DNA from: Octopus vulgaris
Taxonomy: Eukaryota
Assembly: GCA_951406725.2 (NCBI GenBank)
Contig: OX597822.1
Coordinates: forward strand, 99,510,001-99,574,000
Direction of reading: 5' to 3'
Length of the DNA: 64,000 bases
The translations under genes and the position numbers were made by a program. Below the pieces are notes generated by a model. That model did no database searches. It had not been told where the DNA came from and saw only the letters and a program-made list of their open reading frames with translations. Below, in pieces: positions 12,950-26,404 of this stretch. The stretch's first letter is position 1. Every line of letters begins with the position of its first letter.

Positions 12950-13415
12950 TTTCATTTAATTTGAGTTTGAGTCCATGCTCAGGCCAAGTCGAAGACTCCA
13001 CCCTCAGAGTCTGGTGTGGTTGCCAGGTTGTATTCTCTGTTTAATTTTGACATATGTAGGAGCGAGTTTGAGTCAGTTTGTGCTCGTTGTGTATATCCTG
13101 GGAGATGGGGTTCATCTCTAATGGTGCTTAAGTATCTATCCAGCTGCAATTTGAATGATTCCACACTGCATCCTGATAGATTTCTGACATGTACTGGAAT
13201 GGAGTTGAATAGTTGTGCTCCTCGAACCAACAGACTTGACTCTCGCAGGGTTTTTGCTGCCTGGCCAGCCTTTTTGTTGATTGGTGGTAGCTGGCAGCGT
13301 CTTCCGTGGCGCAGTGAGTGGTAGGTTTTGATACCAAAGTTTGGCACCTTTTGCTCTATTATTTTCCAAATGTATATAATTCGGTGTCGCTCAAATCTTC
13401 TTTCTATTGACACAA
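12950..13415 (-). mobile_element. CR1/L2-group LINE, 5'-truncated ORF2 C-terminus
   Basis: ORF 12979-13413: SIERRFERHRIIYIWKII...GAQLFNSIPVHVRN...FKLQLDRYL..IRDEP; frame still open. Confidence 0.85.
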
Positions 13416-14166
13416 TCTAACTACAAGAATTTATCTGAAAGTGTTGTGGAAATAATTGTAAATTGCCATTAATAAAAAGTTGAGCAAATTTGATTTTTGC
13501 ATCCTTTGCTTTCAAAACACTGACAGAAAAATATTAAAACAATGACATATGTTCCACTTCATACATCTAAACTTACATTCCATGTTGCTGGAAGCAAATG
13601 TTTCTAAAACACACAAATACATGCACATATAACTATTTAGTTAGAGTATTCAAAAATTTTATTATAGTTCTCCACGTGAAGCAGTTTTACTAAAATGTCA
13701 ACAACTGCAATTTTGCAACATCCACTTAGAATTTTAGCAATAGTATATCTTTTTATGTATTTATTTATCTGTTTAGAGAGAGAAAGTGAGAGAGGGAGAG
13801 AGAGATCACGAATGAAAAAATAGTTTAGAGATCTTCAGATATTACTAAAATATTGCTTAGTTACAGAGGAGAGCGGGGAACTGAGCAGAAAAATTATTTC
13901 ATTAAAAATGTTTGGATTGTTTTTGATTTTTTTTTTTAAATTAATTTACTTGAACCTGAACTGAAATTATGTTTCATTTCCAAGAAAATGTAATCTTTTC
14001 TCAAGTCTTTGTTCACATGAATTGTTAAAGTTTATTTTAAATGCTGAAAATAATGGTTGAATTATTTTCCTTTATGGCCATTTGTTAAATATTTTAAAGC
14101 AAATGGTAAATGATTTGCTTTACAATTAAAGTACCTTGGTGACAACATTTTAATATTTAAATAATA

Positions 14167-14393
14167 CTTTCTATTATAAGCACAAGACGCGAAATTTTTT
14201 TTTGGGGGGGGGGGGGGGACAGAGCCAGTCAATTACATCAACCCCAGTACTCAACTGATACTTAATTTTTCGACCCCAAAAGGATGAAAGGCAAAGTCGA
14301 CCTCGGTGGAATTTGAACTCATAACATAACCGCGAGCAAAATACTGCTAAGTATTTCATCCAATGTGCTAACGTTTCTGCCAGCTTGCCGCCT
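14167..14393 (-). mobile_element. SINE-A with alternative tail
   Basis: Full head ggcggcaagctggcagaaacgttagc; 19-bp TSD ttttaatatttaaataata. Confidence 0.9.
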
Positions 14394-14974
14394 TTTAATA
14401 TTTAAATAATATATACCATAATATAGTAAAAGGTGAACGAGAGGCTGTAGCATTCATTTCTTTCCCAAGATTATTAATGATAGGGTAAAATTAAATGACT
14501 ATGAGCCGGTATCAAGACCAACATGTGAATGCCTACAAGACATTCCAAATATAGTTTTCTACTTTAAAAGTGGCATAATATTGTTTATCTAAATGACTAA
14601 TATTTTATAAATTAGAAAATTAGATAAACACAAAGTAAATCTAAATAGATATTTGTAATTGAAAGCAATTAATAATTGACATGATGCTACAACGAAAACA
14701 TTGATGTTAATTATATACAAATTTTTTTTTTTAGATTTTATGTTTGTTTTTTCTTTATATGTAAACAAATAAGTCTAACATTGGAAATTACTTTTCTTAT
14801 TTGTAATTATTTTAACAACGGGTAGACAGTAAATAGGTAGGTGTATATATATATATATATGTGTGCACACACGTGTTTAGCTAAAAATAGTTTAAACATA
14901 TTTTTTAACAAAGACAACATTTAAATCATGTAACATGTATTCGTTGAATCATATTTTAAGAATTATCAAAAGCT

Positions 14975-15250
14975 GAGTTGATAAGGTGTTGGACTGTGTT
15001 AAAATTAAGCTACATTATGTGGGGGCCCAAGACAGCCCTTATCCTCTCACCCAGCTGTAAAGCAGGAAGAGAAAATGAGATAAAGCTAATTACTGCATCA
15101 GCAGCACTAGATAAGTCACAGCAGTTTACCAATGAGTTTAAATTTAGCCAGGAGTTACCTTGGGGGGGGGGGGGAATAGGTATTATTAGGGTGATTTCCA
15201 ATATCTCCAGCATGGTCATGGCCTATGGCTGAAACCAATAAAAGTATAAC
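14975..15250 (+). mobile_element. Old SINE with B-type tail
   Basis: Ends ctccagcatggtcatggcctatggctgaaaccaataaaag. Confidence 0.5.
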
Positions 15251-15401
15251 CAAACTGATTTTTAAAAGATTGAAATACTGAACATAATTTTTTTTTTTTT
15301 TTTTACAGATGTAAAACCTAGGACCACGAGTGAGGGAAAATAAATATATTTGAAAAAAAAATATATAAGGAAAAACAAATATATGCCATTATTTGTTTTA
15401 A

Positions 15402-15604
15402 CCCTTTAGCATTCTGATTTAATTTATCAAATGTAATGTTTATGTATCCATATTTTTAAAAAATTAATCACATATTTTGAAGATGTAATCATTTAGTTTT
15501 AGAATGACATTGTAGGGTAGGTGGGAGAGACTGGATCTGGCCAATTTAAACATAAAACAGGTAGACCATTTGGGCCAGATATGGCCGGTTTAAATGTTAA
15601 AGGA
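15402..15604. mobile_element. MITE M2
   Basis: TTAA at 15398 and 15605; TIR ccctttagcatt. Confidence 0.85.
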
Positions 15605-15824
15605 TTAATGATTAACACACAAATGTTATGATGATTAGAAATATAGTGTGAGTATAATTATATTGATGATTAAAAATTTTAAATCTATGAGTTTAATAAT
15701 AAGCATATATAAATATATATATAAATGGAAGCAGAAAATATTTGAACATAACTTATAATTATTTATCTTACATCATTACATATGTAAACAACTCACTCTA
15801 GTCCATTAAACAATTTTGATTTAA

Positions 15825-16455
15825 CATTTTTGGTGCCAATCTGCTTGAGGCCACCATTGATTCTACGATACAAAGTTCCTGTTTTAACCTTTTAGCATTC
15901 AGATTACTCTTTCAAATGTAATGCTTGTCTATTTGCGTTACTTTGAATTGATCAAGCAATATTTCATAATTTTGAAATTTTGATGACGTGATTTCATTTT
16001 TTTTTTTCTCTTTTTTTTTTCTTTTAATGATGATGTAGATAGAGCAGATGAGAGAGGCCAAACAAGGCTGGTTAGAACAGAAAACAGGTACAGTATTTTA
16101 GCTGGATATGGCCTGTTTAAATATTAATGGGTTAAAGTAATTTAAACTAAAACCTACCATAAAAGTTTCAGGTTAATTTATGTTCCAGACACCAGGTTAA
16201 TAACGACATTTATTTTACAGAATTATTTTCACGATTAATTCAAACAAATACAGTGCATTTTAGCAGAAATATGAAAACAAAAGAGTTAAGCAAATTTGAT
16301 CTAAATTACAACCTTCCTTTACAATTTCTTGTTAATTCATATTCCAAATACCAGCTTAATGATAAAGTTATTGTAATAAAACGTTTAGTCTTTTAAAATT
16401 TGACTGAAACGAAAGCAATGTAATTTAACAAGAATATAACAACAAATGGAGTTAA
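15825..16455. mobile_element. M1b MITE with nested M2 (15888-16131), followed by a second M1b piece
   Basis: M2 bounded by TTAA at 15884 and 16132; the host sequence resumes colinearly. Confidence 0.8.
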
Positions 16456-16774
16456 AGATTAAAAGACAATGTAATGTAAACACATACTAGTGTAGAAGAT
16501 AAGCATTCCAAATAGAAAACCGATAGAACACACAAAATAGAAACATCCTACATACACTAGAGGGGTAGAAAAAGAAAGCTACTTCCTTCCGGAAACGCAT
16601 TAGTACAATCAAAGTAAAACAAGAACAAAACCAGAGTACCAGTATTAATTATTACCACTACTACAATGAACACTACCATTCCTTCATGCTGCCAATACTA
16701 AATTCCTAGTCTTTAATAATGCTTATTGACAATAGATCCTGTCAGTTTAAATTCTTAAAAAATAAAAAATAAAA

Positions 16775-16783
16775 CACACACAC

Positions 16784-16854
<71 letters not shown>

Positions 16855-16875
16855 TACATATATATATATATATAT
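16775..16875. repeat. (CA)n(TA)n microsatellite
   Basis: Direct. Confidence 0.95.
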
Positions 16876-18179
16876 GTAAATGTAAAGAGAAAGGAAAGCA
16901 AATTAAATGTAAATACAATAAGGTTGGCAAAATGACAGGTTAGCTTATTAGCTTGAATAGCGCTATAGAAATCCATATGGACTAACACCCTATAATAAGT
17001 TCATTTGTCTGACTGAGTGCTACCTAGCATTCTCAAAGTTAATAACAGCTTTACACAAACCAGCTGAATACTACTACCACAACTAATCTATGATGATATA
17101 CAACACTGACAAGGGTCCATTCAGACTACTTGATTTTACAACCACACACATTTATGAACACACACAAATGTGTGTGTGTCACTAACATCATATGAATATA
17201 TAAACTAATGAGAGAACATGGAATAATTCTTTTTTGGAACAATGGATCTCAAAGTACATAATAATAGCATATAAGTACATAATAATAGCATATAAATATT
17301 TACATGCTATAACATATAGTTGTTAAATTCATCAAGAACTCAATAATACTCTAAGAGGCAAATAACCAATGTAATACACACGCACAACCATACATACATA
17401 TACTAGATAACAAACATTAAATAATTGTCATCAACATTACTATTATTTACCAATAGACAATTGTATTGTTTTAAATTATAAAGAATTTCCAAATAAATTT
17501 ATTTATTGAAATTTGACCCTGAAAACTGCCTGTTAATTGAATAAATATCAGAAAGAAATATGAAAAATATTAATTATTATTATAATTTTCAATAATTTAC
17601 TTAAGAAATGAAATAAAGAAATAATTAGCTACCTTATTTATTTGTAACTAAATTTTGTGACAGAATCTGTAGGTTAAATTGCAAACTATCAAATACAGTT
17701 TAATTTTTGATTGTTTTTTTTTTTCTTTTAAATGATTCTCACCAAACTTAATTCACAATTTTAACATTTATTTGATTTTCTATTTGTTATTGAGTTTTAT
17801 GAACAGTTTAACAGGGAATATACCCATAATAATGATCAGATATTGAAAACTTGAAAGACTGAAAATGAATAGCAGATAATTAGCCTCCACTTTGCTAGTA
17901 ATTTCCCAAAGGAAGAAATTCAACACAGATGGAACAGAAAATTATTCATAATCTTCACATCAACCACTCTCTACCAGTGTCACCTTATGATATAGAGTTT
18001 ACAAAGATCAGTAACAGTCAGGTATGTTCAGGATTATTTTTGGTTTCTTTGTCTGAAAATATTCTTTAGCATCTTCTGGCTTAATTATCACTTTAAGAGA
18101 AGTTAAATTCTAATGGTCAATTTCTTTAATTTGAGAAATGGTATTTTTAACAAATAATTTTCCATCATGTTTTATCACA

Positions 18180-18552
18180 GGCATAGGTATATGGTTTTGA
18201 GTTCAGTCCTGTTGAGTAGCATCTCAAGCAGGTATCTTCTACTATAGCCCCAAACTGATCAATGAGTAGATTTAGTTGATGGAAACTAAAAGAAGCCTAT
18301 TGCGTGTGTGTGTTTGTTTGTTTCCTTGTCTCAACACCACGTAACAGTTGTAATTGTTACTGTCATACAAGCAGTGTCTTCCATTGCCAAAATATTTTGT
18401 GGAAACATGTCTGGTCATAAGGAAATATTATTCTGTTTGCAAACAAGTGAAGGTTGGTGAAAAGGAAGGGATCTGAATAAAGAAAATCTACCTCAATAAA
18501 AACCATCCAAACCATGCAAGGATGGAAAAGTGAACTTTAAAACAATGATGAT
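18180..18552 (+). mobile_element. Old SINE-B head with RTE tail
   Basis: gatggaaactaaaagaagcc, (TG)n, ...ccatgcaaggatggaaaagtg...atgatgat. Confidence 0.75.
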
Positions 18553-18593
18553 AAAATGACAACACTGTAGTTATTATAGATGCCTCTTTCTAA

Positions 18594-18824
18594 GGCGGCG
18601 AGCTGGTAGAATCGTTAGCACGCCGGGCGAAATGCGTAGCCGTATTTCGTCTACCGCTATGTCCTGGGTTCAAATTCCGCCGAGGTCGACTTAGCCTTTC
18701 ATCCTCTCGGGGTCGATAAATTAAGTACCAGTTGCGCATTGGGGTCGATATAATCGACTTAATCCCTTTGTCTGTCCTTGTTTGTCCCCTCTGTGTTTAG
18801 CCCCTTGTGGGTAGTAAAGAAATA
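18594..18824 (+). mobile_element. SINE-A, young full-length copy
   Basis: 18-bp TSD tatagatgcctctttcta. Confidence 0.93.
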
Positions 18825-19885
18825 TATAGATGCCTCTTTCTATCTCTTTCCAAAGTTCTTGAATAGCAATCTGTCTTAAATTATAAACCTCATATACTCC
18901 AACTAACTAGGTTATACTGACATTCACAATAATAACCACACAAAACAACCAATAATCTACATGACAATTCTTTTTTTTTTCCATTTGTGAAACCCAGAAA
19001 TAGAGACACAATTTATGTTTAAAAGGTTTGATGGAAATATGGAATGGTATAACTTGTGTGAGTAAAATAATCATCTAAAAAGGAATACATTTCTACAATT
19101 TAATCAGAATAATGGATGGAGAAACTCATGTTATATAGATCAAGAGAATTCAGCCATAGAACTTGCACTAATAAGTTATATAAAATGGGGTGGGGGAGAA
19201 AAGTTATATTTAAATTAATGATCTACCAAATTTTATTTGCATATTCAACGAGGAAAAAAAAAATAGAAATAGTTAGATGATGTGGTTGATATTTCGTTGT
19301 TCTTAATACAATAAAGTATTATTAAATTCCCAGTTATTTTAAACTAGCACATTCCAAACATTAGAACTACTTTTTAATCATTTCCCTCAATTTCCCTCAA
19401 TCAGTTTCTCTCTTTAATGATATTCCAATATATATTTAATAAAGATGAACATTTTAGAAAAAAAAACAAAAAAAAATTTGCTGAATCAAACATGATGCAA
19501 TATTTAATGTATCACTCAACATGCATGTATTATTCAACAGACAACAAGCTTACATCATGGCATTAATGGGATTTTGAAAATATTATTGTTTTATAAACAA
19601 TGATCAACAAATTCATAGCATATTACACCAACTCTTTCATATACATCGTTAATACTCTAGAGACAAGTATGAATATGAGACACTTCTATTACAATCTTAA
19701 AAGCAAGATTTGATGTACAAACAAAACATTTAATTTTACAGGCTTTGCTAAAAGGACATTTTCTGTGTTAAATTGATGTATTAAATTGTTGACAATATAA
19801 GTTCTAATTCAATTTTTGAAATGTACAACTTATGACAATACTACTTCTATATGTTATCAAATGCTAAACACGGATGATAAAAATA

Positions 19886-19928
<43 letters not shown>

Positions 19929-20439
19929 GTTATATAGAAAAGTGTTTGTGTGTATAGGCGACTATTTACTTTTCTGCTTAGACTGTAAACAATATTTCAT
20001 AGATTACAAGTAGAAGGAAAAAGAAAAAAAAAAGACAATTTTGAATTAAAACCAAACTTTCAGATGGCTGCTCAGTTTATCGTTAAATAGTGTCAAAGAT
20101 TGAACTTTCATTAATACAAACTTCAGTGAGAGTTTTGCTACTTAATTTTCAAAATTAACCGTTGTCTACCATTTTTTTTTTTTTTAAAAAGAAAATGGCA
20201 ATAAGCAAATGGAAACTGGCAAAGAGTTTAATTACGTTGTCTGATTTCAGTTTGAGACATCAAATTAAAGAGATTTTTATCAAAATATTCTTTTACAACT
20301 TTAATTCATTTTATGAAACGTAGTTAACGTAAGAGTCCAGGAAAGCTCTTATATTCTTGATAATACTTAGAATATTAATCAAAATTATACATCAAATATT
20401 ATATTTACTGTTTTTGTTGCACAATGTCATACAGAGTTG

Positions 20440-21165
20440 ATATGGTGTATGTTAATTACATATTCTGTAGGCAGTATCATCACTATTGTTTTAATATCCA
20501 CTTTTCCATATTAGCTGAACTTAAATGGAATTTGTCAAGACTAATTTTTTATAGCCAGACACTGTCACTCATCCTTTTGCTAAACCTCACCTGTGCTCAA
20601 TTAATTTTATATTTTACCAAGGCCAGACATATTTTCATAGAAGATTGGAAATGAGTGACACTGCTTGTATGTTGGTGATAGTTGGTTACAAATGTCATGT
20701 GATATCAAAACAAGGACTATCAGGCACACATATATATATATATACAGGGTGTTCATAAATTATCTTTACAAGTTGAAAAATTCAGCAAAAAAACTGAAAA
20801 ACAAGAATAACTCAGTAGAGTTTATTGGTAAACTCAGTAGAGTTTATTGTTTTATTAGAGACATCAGAACACATCAACATACACTCCATTGGTTGCAAAG
20901 ATGTTGATTGATGGATCTTGACTTTAATAGATACTATAAATTGTGGAAGTTGTAAAGATAATTTATAAACACCTTGTATGTATGCATATATACTTTTACA
21001 AACACACAGAAACTTTCACTTTCCATCTACCAAATCCACTCCCAAGGTTTTGACTGACCCAGGACTATATGAGAGGACAAAGATAGTGACCTAATGTGCC
21101 ACGCAGCGGGACTGAACCCAAATCTATATGGTTGGGAAGTAAACTTAAACATCCAACCATACCAG
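20440..21165 (-). mobile_element. SINE-B/RTE-tail copy split by a Tc1/mariner MITE
   Basis: Tail at 20440-20730, head at 21010-21165. Confidence 0.7.
20745..20976. mobile_element. Tc1/mariner-type MITE
   Basis: 27-bp TIRs cagggtgttcataaattatctttacaa / ttgtaaagataatttataaacaccttg; TA TSD; internal duplication of aactcagtagagtttattg. Confidence 0.9.
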
Positions 21166-21263
21166 TATCTATTATTTACAAATTTTCTGGCTTCCTTTCT
21201 CTGTTCTCTCTCTAATACCTAGACCAGTTCTTACTTGATATTTTCAATATGAACATAATTTAA

Positions 21264-21483
21264 ACCTTTTGTTACCAGCCCGGCTGAAACCGGCTCTGGC
21301 TCTGAGTACAAATGTCTTGTTTTCATAAGTTTTGAATTAAAATCTTCCACCAAACCTTAGTCACAATTTATGCTCCTAAAACTAGCTGAATGATAACTAA
21401 GTTATTGTACTAAATTCTTTATTATATTCAAAGTAATTGAAAGAAACACAGAGCATCTCAAAATAAATACAGTAACGAAAGGG
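21264..21483. mobile_element. MITE M1
   Basis: Closely similar to 3544-3764; TTAA/TTTA flanks. Confidence 0.9.
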
Positions 21484-21998
21484 TTTATATTAATGAATTA
21501 TATACATATACATCAAGTTAATGAGAATATATGTTTTTCAAATATTTCACCTTTAAAAGGATAATATATTGTATGAAGTGTAGTGCAGCAGTCAGATCTT
21601 TGATCCTGTATTCTTGGAGGTCTTGGTGATGGCAAGGAAGCACAGCTGCAGAGCAAGAGTCACTAAATATTTGCATTTATCTCTAGTTGTGTTGATGCCC
21701 AGCACAGACTAATAGTAAGTGATATGATGCTGAAATGCAATCTGAAACTTCCTTCAATTAACTGAAGAATGTGAATTAATTTGCACTTGCAGCTTGGTAA
21801 AAATCATCCATTTGTTTATCTTTACATTTATCAACCCAAGACCACATGACTAGTTCAATTAGACTATTGATATTTCATAAATTAACGTTTATGTATCAAT
21901 GACAAGATGAATCTAAAATTAAATTGGCAGACAATAATACATTATACTTTCTCTATTCAGTTGAGGCTCTTGTTGTGTAACATTGCAGTCAGCCTTAA

Positions 21999-22440
21999 CT
22001 CTTGATACCAACCCATCTGAAACTAGCTCTGGTTCCATGACACTAACTTACCACTTACCACAGCCTTCAGCATTAAAACTTTCCATGAAAATTTCACGCT
22101 AATTTAACACTTTAGCATTCAGATTATTCTGTCAAATGTAATGCCCATTTATTCACATTGTAATTATAATTCATCTTGAAGCTTTGAGATTTTAATGATG
22201 TGATTGTTCTTTTTAAAAATGATATTGTAAGAGAGTCCAAATATGGCCAGTTTGAGCATAAAACAAGAAGAATATTTGGGTCGGATATGGCTGGTTTAAA
22301 TATTAGAGGGTTAAGTTTCAAACACCTAATTAATAATGACAAAGTTACTTGACTAAACTCTTCCTTTTCTTGTTTTCTTTTTGTCAAAATTAATTGAAAC
22401 ACAAGTAATGTGTTTCAATATAAACATGGTAACAAAAGGG
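21999..22440. mobile_element. M1b MITE with nested M2 (22108-22310)
   Basis: Inner TTAA at 22104 and 22311. Confidence 0.8.
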
Positions 22441-22568
22441 TCAATCAGACAGGCCAACAAAAGGTCAAATGACTAAATGTGGTCCACTGACTCACTTCTC
22501 TGAAGATACACCATGTCTCTACCAAAATGACAAATACACTGTGTACTCTAACATTAAATGGTTTACTG

Positions 22569-23113
22569 CAAGGGTCACCAAACTATGGCCGTGGGCCAGA
22601 TCCAACCTGCAAGGTCAGTTCATCCGGCCCACCACCACATTGTATCTTTTGTGTAAGCTCCTGCAATGAGAGTTCATTTGTCTCTGGTATGGCATCAGTG
22701 TTTGGAACAACTTATGTCTGTGAGCAAACATTTTCAAAAATGAAGTATGTGAAGTCAGCACATCAAACAAGGTTGACTGATAAACATTTGAAAGCAATTC
22801 TCTTAGCTGAATGCAGCAATTCCAAAGCAAATATTGATGATATCTTAAAAGCTAAACACCAGTTTCACAAACCTCACTAATCTTTTTTGCAGCTTAGTTT
22901 GTGAGATTCAGGTATGTGTGCACTGGGTGTGATATAACCATCTTATCGCTGACGTCACCTTCTTTAATAACTTATTGGTAAATAATATGTTGGCTGTCTT
23001 TATTTTTTGTGTATTCACTGTATTGTATTGAACAAAATGGTTATGCGGCCCACACTATCATTCTCTCAGTTATCTGGCCTGCTGTAGAAAAAGTTTGGTG
23101 ACCCCCACCCCTG
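22569..23113 (+). mobile_element. Internally deleted hAT transposon (Buster/Charlie/SPIN type) retaining the transposase C-terminal dimerisation region
   Basis: TIRs CAAGGGTCACCAAACT / AGTTTGGTGACCCC..TG; 8-bp TSD gttTActg / gttTAcag (nnnTAnnn); peptide SVFGTTYVCEQTFSKMKYVKSAHQTRLTDKHL. Confidence 0.92.
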
Positions 23114-23346
23114 GTTTACAGCATAGAGTGCCAAGTGGTCCTGTAGATTCTTGTGATGACAGAGGTGGGTCGTAAATGAAGTAGACTTCACTAGGAACCT
23201 ATAGTTAATGCTCCTTTGCACTTATCTCTGATGGCCTGGACCCTAACACAAAATTTGGAACTTATTGATGTTACTGCTAGTTGTGCACACTTTTCTGTAT
23301 TCCTTAAGACTGTGTGTGTGTATGTGAAAACAGCATAGTGTTCACA

Positions 23347-23795
23347 ACCCTTTTCTTACCATATTTCTGTTGAAATATACCACATTTGTATCAATTTATT
23401 TAAAAAATAATGAAGAATTTAATAAAATAACTTGAACATTAATTATGCTGAAGTTTGGTACATAAATTAACATGAAATCTTGGACAGTTTTAACCCTTTA
23501 GCATTTAAACCGGCCATATCCGGCCAAAAGTATTCTGCTTGTTTTATGTTCAAACTGGCCATATCTGGTCTCTCACACCAACCCTACAATATCGTTTTAA
23601 AAATCAACAGCTACCTCATCAAATTTTCATAGTTACAAGATAATGCATGATTAGTTCAAAACAAAGTGGATGAAAAAGCATTAACTTTGGCAGAATAATG
23701 CGAACACCAAAGGGTTAATTCAGATTAGTTTAAAATGAGAAGCTGACATCATAAAACTAAGGCCAAACTCAGGCAAGTTGATATCAAACAGTTTT
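23347..23795. mobile_element. M1b MITE with nested M2 (23494-23714)
   Basis: Inner TTAA at 23490 and 23715. Confidence 0.8.
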
Positions 23796-24029
23796 AAGAT
23801 AGCTTAAAAACTGATAATGTTACAGTTGTTAATTTGTTATTTGAAGAAGGTTGATAGACTCTTACTATCCACTGCACATGTTAAAAAACTGTCAACAGGT
23901 TGTTATCAAAAGGGTTATGGCAGCATTATAAAAGTCTTCTTTGATAACATAGAAGTGTATGAGTATTTGAGAGCAATAAAACATAATAAATGAGTTGAGG
24001 GGCAAATGAGCAGTAGGTTTGAGCATTCT

Positions 24030-24450
24030 ACAGCAACAGACCTTCACATGTGATCAGGTGGTCTGTAAACGAGTCTGGGATGATGTAAAAAGTGGGCAAG
24101 CTTGTGTTCTCTGTAGTAAATAAGTTGGGATCCCAGAGAATACGGATATGATCCATGACAAATTCTAACATAACTACTTTTGCATATGAGTTATATACTG
24201 TATGTGACTGATCTTCACATGCATTATTTTGCATTGTTTGAACATCTTCTCTGTCATAAATTTTATCAAGTCAGGGAAGCAGGTAGGTTGTGGGAAATTC
24301 CTAATATATTTTTGTCTTCTTTGTGGTATGTTTATGCTGTTGAGAGTGACAGCTGGTTGTATGTGATGTTCTTTGATGTTGCTGGTGAGAAGAGAGATGA
24401 TGGATGTGGTAGGCAAGTACTTAGGGCATATTTGTTTGGAGCCAGCCTGC
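24030..24450 (-). mobile_element. Possible decayed LINE RT C-terminal remnant (I/Jockey-group-like)
   Basis: SLLTSNIKEHHIQPAVTLNSINIP followed after a frameshift by KNILGI; higher GC than flanks. Confidence 0.3.
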
Positions 24451-24857
24451 TATCTGGTGGTGGTGGTGGTGATGGTGGTTGTTTAACCCCAGGTCGTCCC
24501 TGATCAAGGGAGTTGGAACAGTTGTGAAGCTATATCTGGGGGACAGTAGGAATAAGTATGGCAAGAGTTGTGTGTGTGTATGTGTGTTGTAATTAACGAG
24601 AAACACTACATGATATTATAAATCAAAACCATCAGGTAACAAAATGGATTTTGCAGTACTCCCTTCAGAAAATATTACAGATTCTAGATACATTATCGTA
24701 TACTACTTGGCATATTATCACAGTTTATTAGCCAGGGTCTTGAATTTTAGGGATTTGTTTTTAAGATACATTTAATATTTCATTGGTGAAGTGGTTGAGT
24801 GTTTGAAAGCATGTCCTGAATTTTTTGTTTAATCTTTTTGTTAATGTATATCAGTTG

Positions 24858-25150
24858 AAGGCCTGTGGCTTAGTAGTTAGGGTATTCAGCTTGCAATCGT
24901 CAGGCCATGAGTTCAATTTCCAGCAGCACATTGTGTCCTTGAGCAAGACACTTTATTTCATGTTGTTCCAGTCCACACAGCTGCCAAAAATGAGTTGTAC
25001 CTTTATTTCAATGGGTCAGCCTTGTCGCATTGCATTACACTGAATCTCCCCATAAACTATGTTAAGAGTACGTGCGTCTGTGGAGTGCTCAGCCACTTGC
25101 ATGTTAATTTCACGAGCAGGCTGTTCTGTTGATTGAACCAACTGGAACAT
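24858..25150 (+). mobile_element. tRNA-head CORE-like SINE with tail E
   Basis: tggcttagtagttag / gagttcaatt; gtgtccttgagcaagacacttt; tail gtggagtgctcagccacttgcatgttaatttcacgagcaggctgttc. Confidence 0.8.
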
Positions 25151-25190
25151 TAGTAGAAATACACTTTCTTTGTTTCGCTTATCTTTTTAA

Positions 25191-26263
25191 CCTCTTCGTT
25201 ACCAAACCGCCCGAAAAAAATTTTGGTTAATGTGACCAAGCCGCCCCAAACCACCCGAATTTACCTATTCATATTTAAATGAGAATATCAGAGTAAATCT
25301 CTTTAGTACATTCGTGAAAACACGTATTATACTTCGTAAACAGTTCAACTACAGTTTTGTACAAAAATCGAAGTGTAATTTTAATTCCGTGAATTTTGGG
25401 AGATTTTTTTCCGAAATTTGTTCCTATTGTGTTTTCAAAATTTGTAATTCTGACAAAAAATGGATACGAATTTCATTATATCAAGCAGCGAGTCAGAATT
25501 CGAAGGATTTTGAAGACCTTCATAAATCTAACTCTATGACTGAAAAAAAAAAAGCATGTGGTATTTGATAATGAATCTGATGTTTCATTTTCCGAAAGTG
25601 AAAACAGTGAATCCGAGAGCTCCGACAGCGATAAAGAAAATGAATTGGCACCTGAATGGAGTGAAAATTTAAAAACTGTTTCTTTTGGTGATTTTTCTGA
25701 AGAAACTGGACCAAGCCACAGACTTTCCCAGAAGAGTAAAGCCTTAGACTATTTCTTTTTACTTTTTCGAATGAGCCTATTTGAAATCATTACGGCGGAA
25801 ACGAACTGTTATGCTAAACGTAAACAAAGCGAAAGAATGGATAGTTTGTTATTTCCCACAACCTTAAATTAAATTAAGGCCTATTGTGCCAAAAATATTA
25901 TTATGGGTATCAGAAAGTTACCCAGAATAACAAATTCTATCGTAAAATTTTGTTGTATACCCAATTGAATATTAGCTAATAACCCATTTTCTATAGCGAT
26001 GTTTGAACAAAATTTTAATAATTTTATATATTGTTGAATTTACCTGTATCTACCTGCAATTAGAGTCACTTTGTGACAAAAATTATAGTATAGAATTGGT
26101 TGAGAACATTTCATTAAATTATCTTCCAAAATTCATGTTAATATATTGATAAATAAAGAAGTTATAGTTGTTTAATGAAACCAGACTAAATTTATGATTA
26201 CGTTAGAAATTAATTGAAACACATAAGGGGTGTATTTTGGTCAGAAATATAGTAACGAAAGGG
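25191..26263 (+). mobile_element. Internally deleted piggyBac element with a transposase N-terminal pseudogene
   Basis: TTAA at 25187-25190 and 26264-26267; TIR cctcttcgttac / gtaacgaaaggg; ORF 25558-25872 has an acidic N-terminus then GPS..KALDYFFLLF..LFEIITAETNCYA..FPTT*IKAY..IIMGI.KLP, typical of piggyBac transposases. Confidence 0.92.
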
Positions 26264-26267
26264 TTAA

Positions 26268-26404
26268 ACAATGAACAATTTAATGAAATAACTTTACTAT
26301 TATTTAAGCTGTGTTTGGAACAAGATTTTAGTTTAGATCACTTTAAGCAGTAAGTTTCTATCATAGAACCAAAGTAGTCTCAGATGGGTTGGGTATCAAA
26401 AGGG
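26268..26404. mobile_element. M1b MITE fragment
   Basis: Ends tatcaaaagggttaa. Confidence 0.65.

Noticed and set aside
21703-21745. Degenerate hammerhead (caga-ctaatag...gaaatgcaatctg)
   Set aside because: Core has several mismatches, stem II is weak and there is no proper UH site
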